Shown here piece by piece: positions 63,723 to 64,000 of a stretch of DNA of 64,000 bases. Source of the DNA: Eledone cirrhosa. Lineage: Eukaryota. The position numbers and the translations under genes were made by a program. The stretch covers positions 140,554,001-140,618,000 of the forward strand of contig OZ024742.1 of NCBI GenBank assembly GCA_964016885.1. Direction: 5' to 3'. The notes under the pieces are model-generated. The model did not search any database, had not been told where the DNA came from, and was given only the letters and a program-made list of their open reading frames with translations. Positions within the stretch are counted from its first letter, which is position 1. The number at the start of each line of letters is the position of its first letter.

Positions 63723-64000
63723 GTAAGTGATTATTTATAGCATATATTTCATTTGAGTGCATCCCAGTTTTTAGAATAGGTACACCATATACCTGTATGT
63801 TGTATGAAGCAACTAAAAGGGTTCATGTTGGGGAGGGTGTCCAGCTGTAAAACATTGACTCAAAAAGGACCCCATGAGGTGTATGAAGCCTGTCAAGGAA
63901 CATTCAAAACCAACTCCTGTTTTAGCATGGAAAATAGCCTTAAGAGGCTTATTGTTGCATGTATCCCAGTTTTTAGAATAGGTATACCATATTTCTGCAT

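Overview
AT-rich, repeat-dense animal genomic DNA. The repeat families (RTE LINEs with (GAT)n tails, abundant tRNA-derived SINEs, Penelope remnants) suggest a coleoid cephalopod, probably an octopus (inference). I reconstructed three spliced genes exon by exon by eye, all with GT-AG junctions in consistent phase. (1) Hydroxypyruvate isomerase HYI (+): six 3' exons at 7064-23349; the N-terminal exons were not found. (2) ESCRT-I subunit VPS28 (-): 27106-50808, plus a tentative first exon at 53238-53259. (3) A CIB-family EF-hand protein (+): 54105-63722, last exon beyond the window, head-to-head with VPS28. Introns hold young RTE LINEs with open ORFs, CR1, L1/Tx1 and Expander-like LINE fragments, Penelope remnants, three non-autonomous Helitrons, a DD37D maT transposon, a Merlin remnant, hAT and TTAA MITEs, a solo LTR and several minisatellites. 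Most notable: a minimal hammerhead ribozyme in sense orientation in a HYI intron, paired with an inverted mutant copy; an orphan frameshifted NMNAT exon between (TA)n tracts; and a C4HC3 PHD-like finger inside the reverse transcriptase of both intact RTE ORFs. Repeat boundaries are approximate unless termini are quoted.
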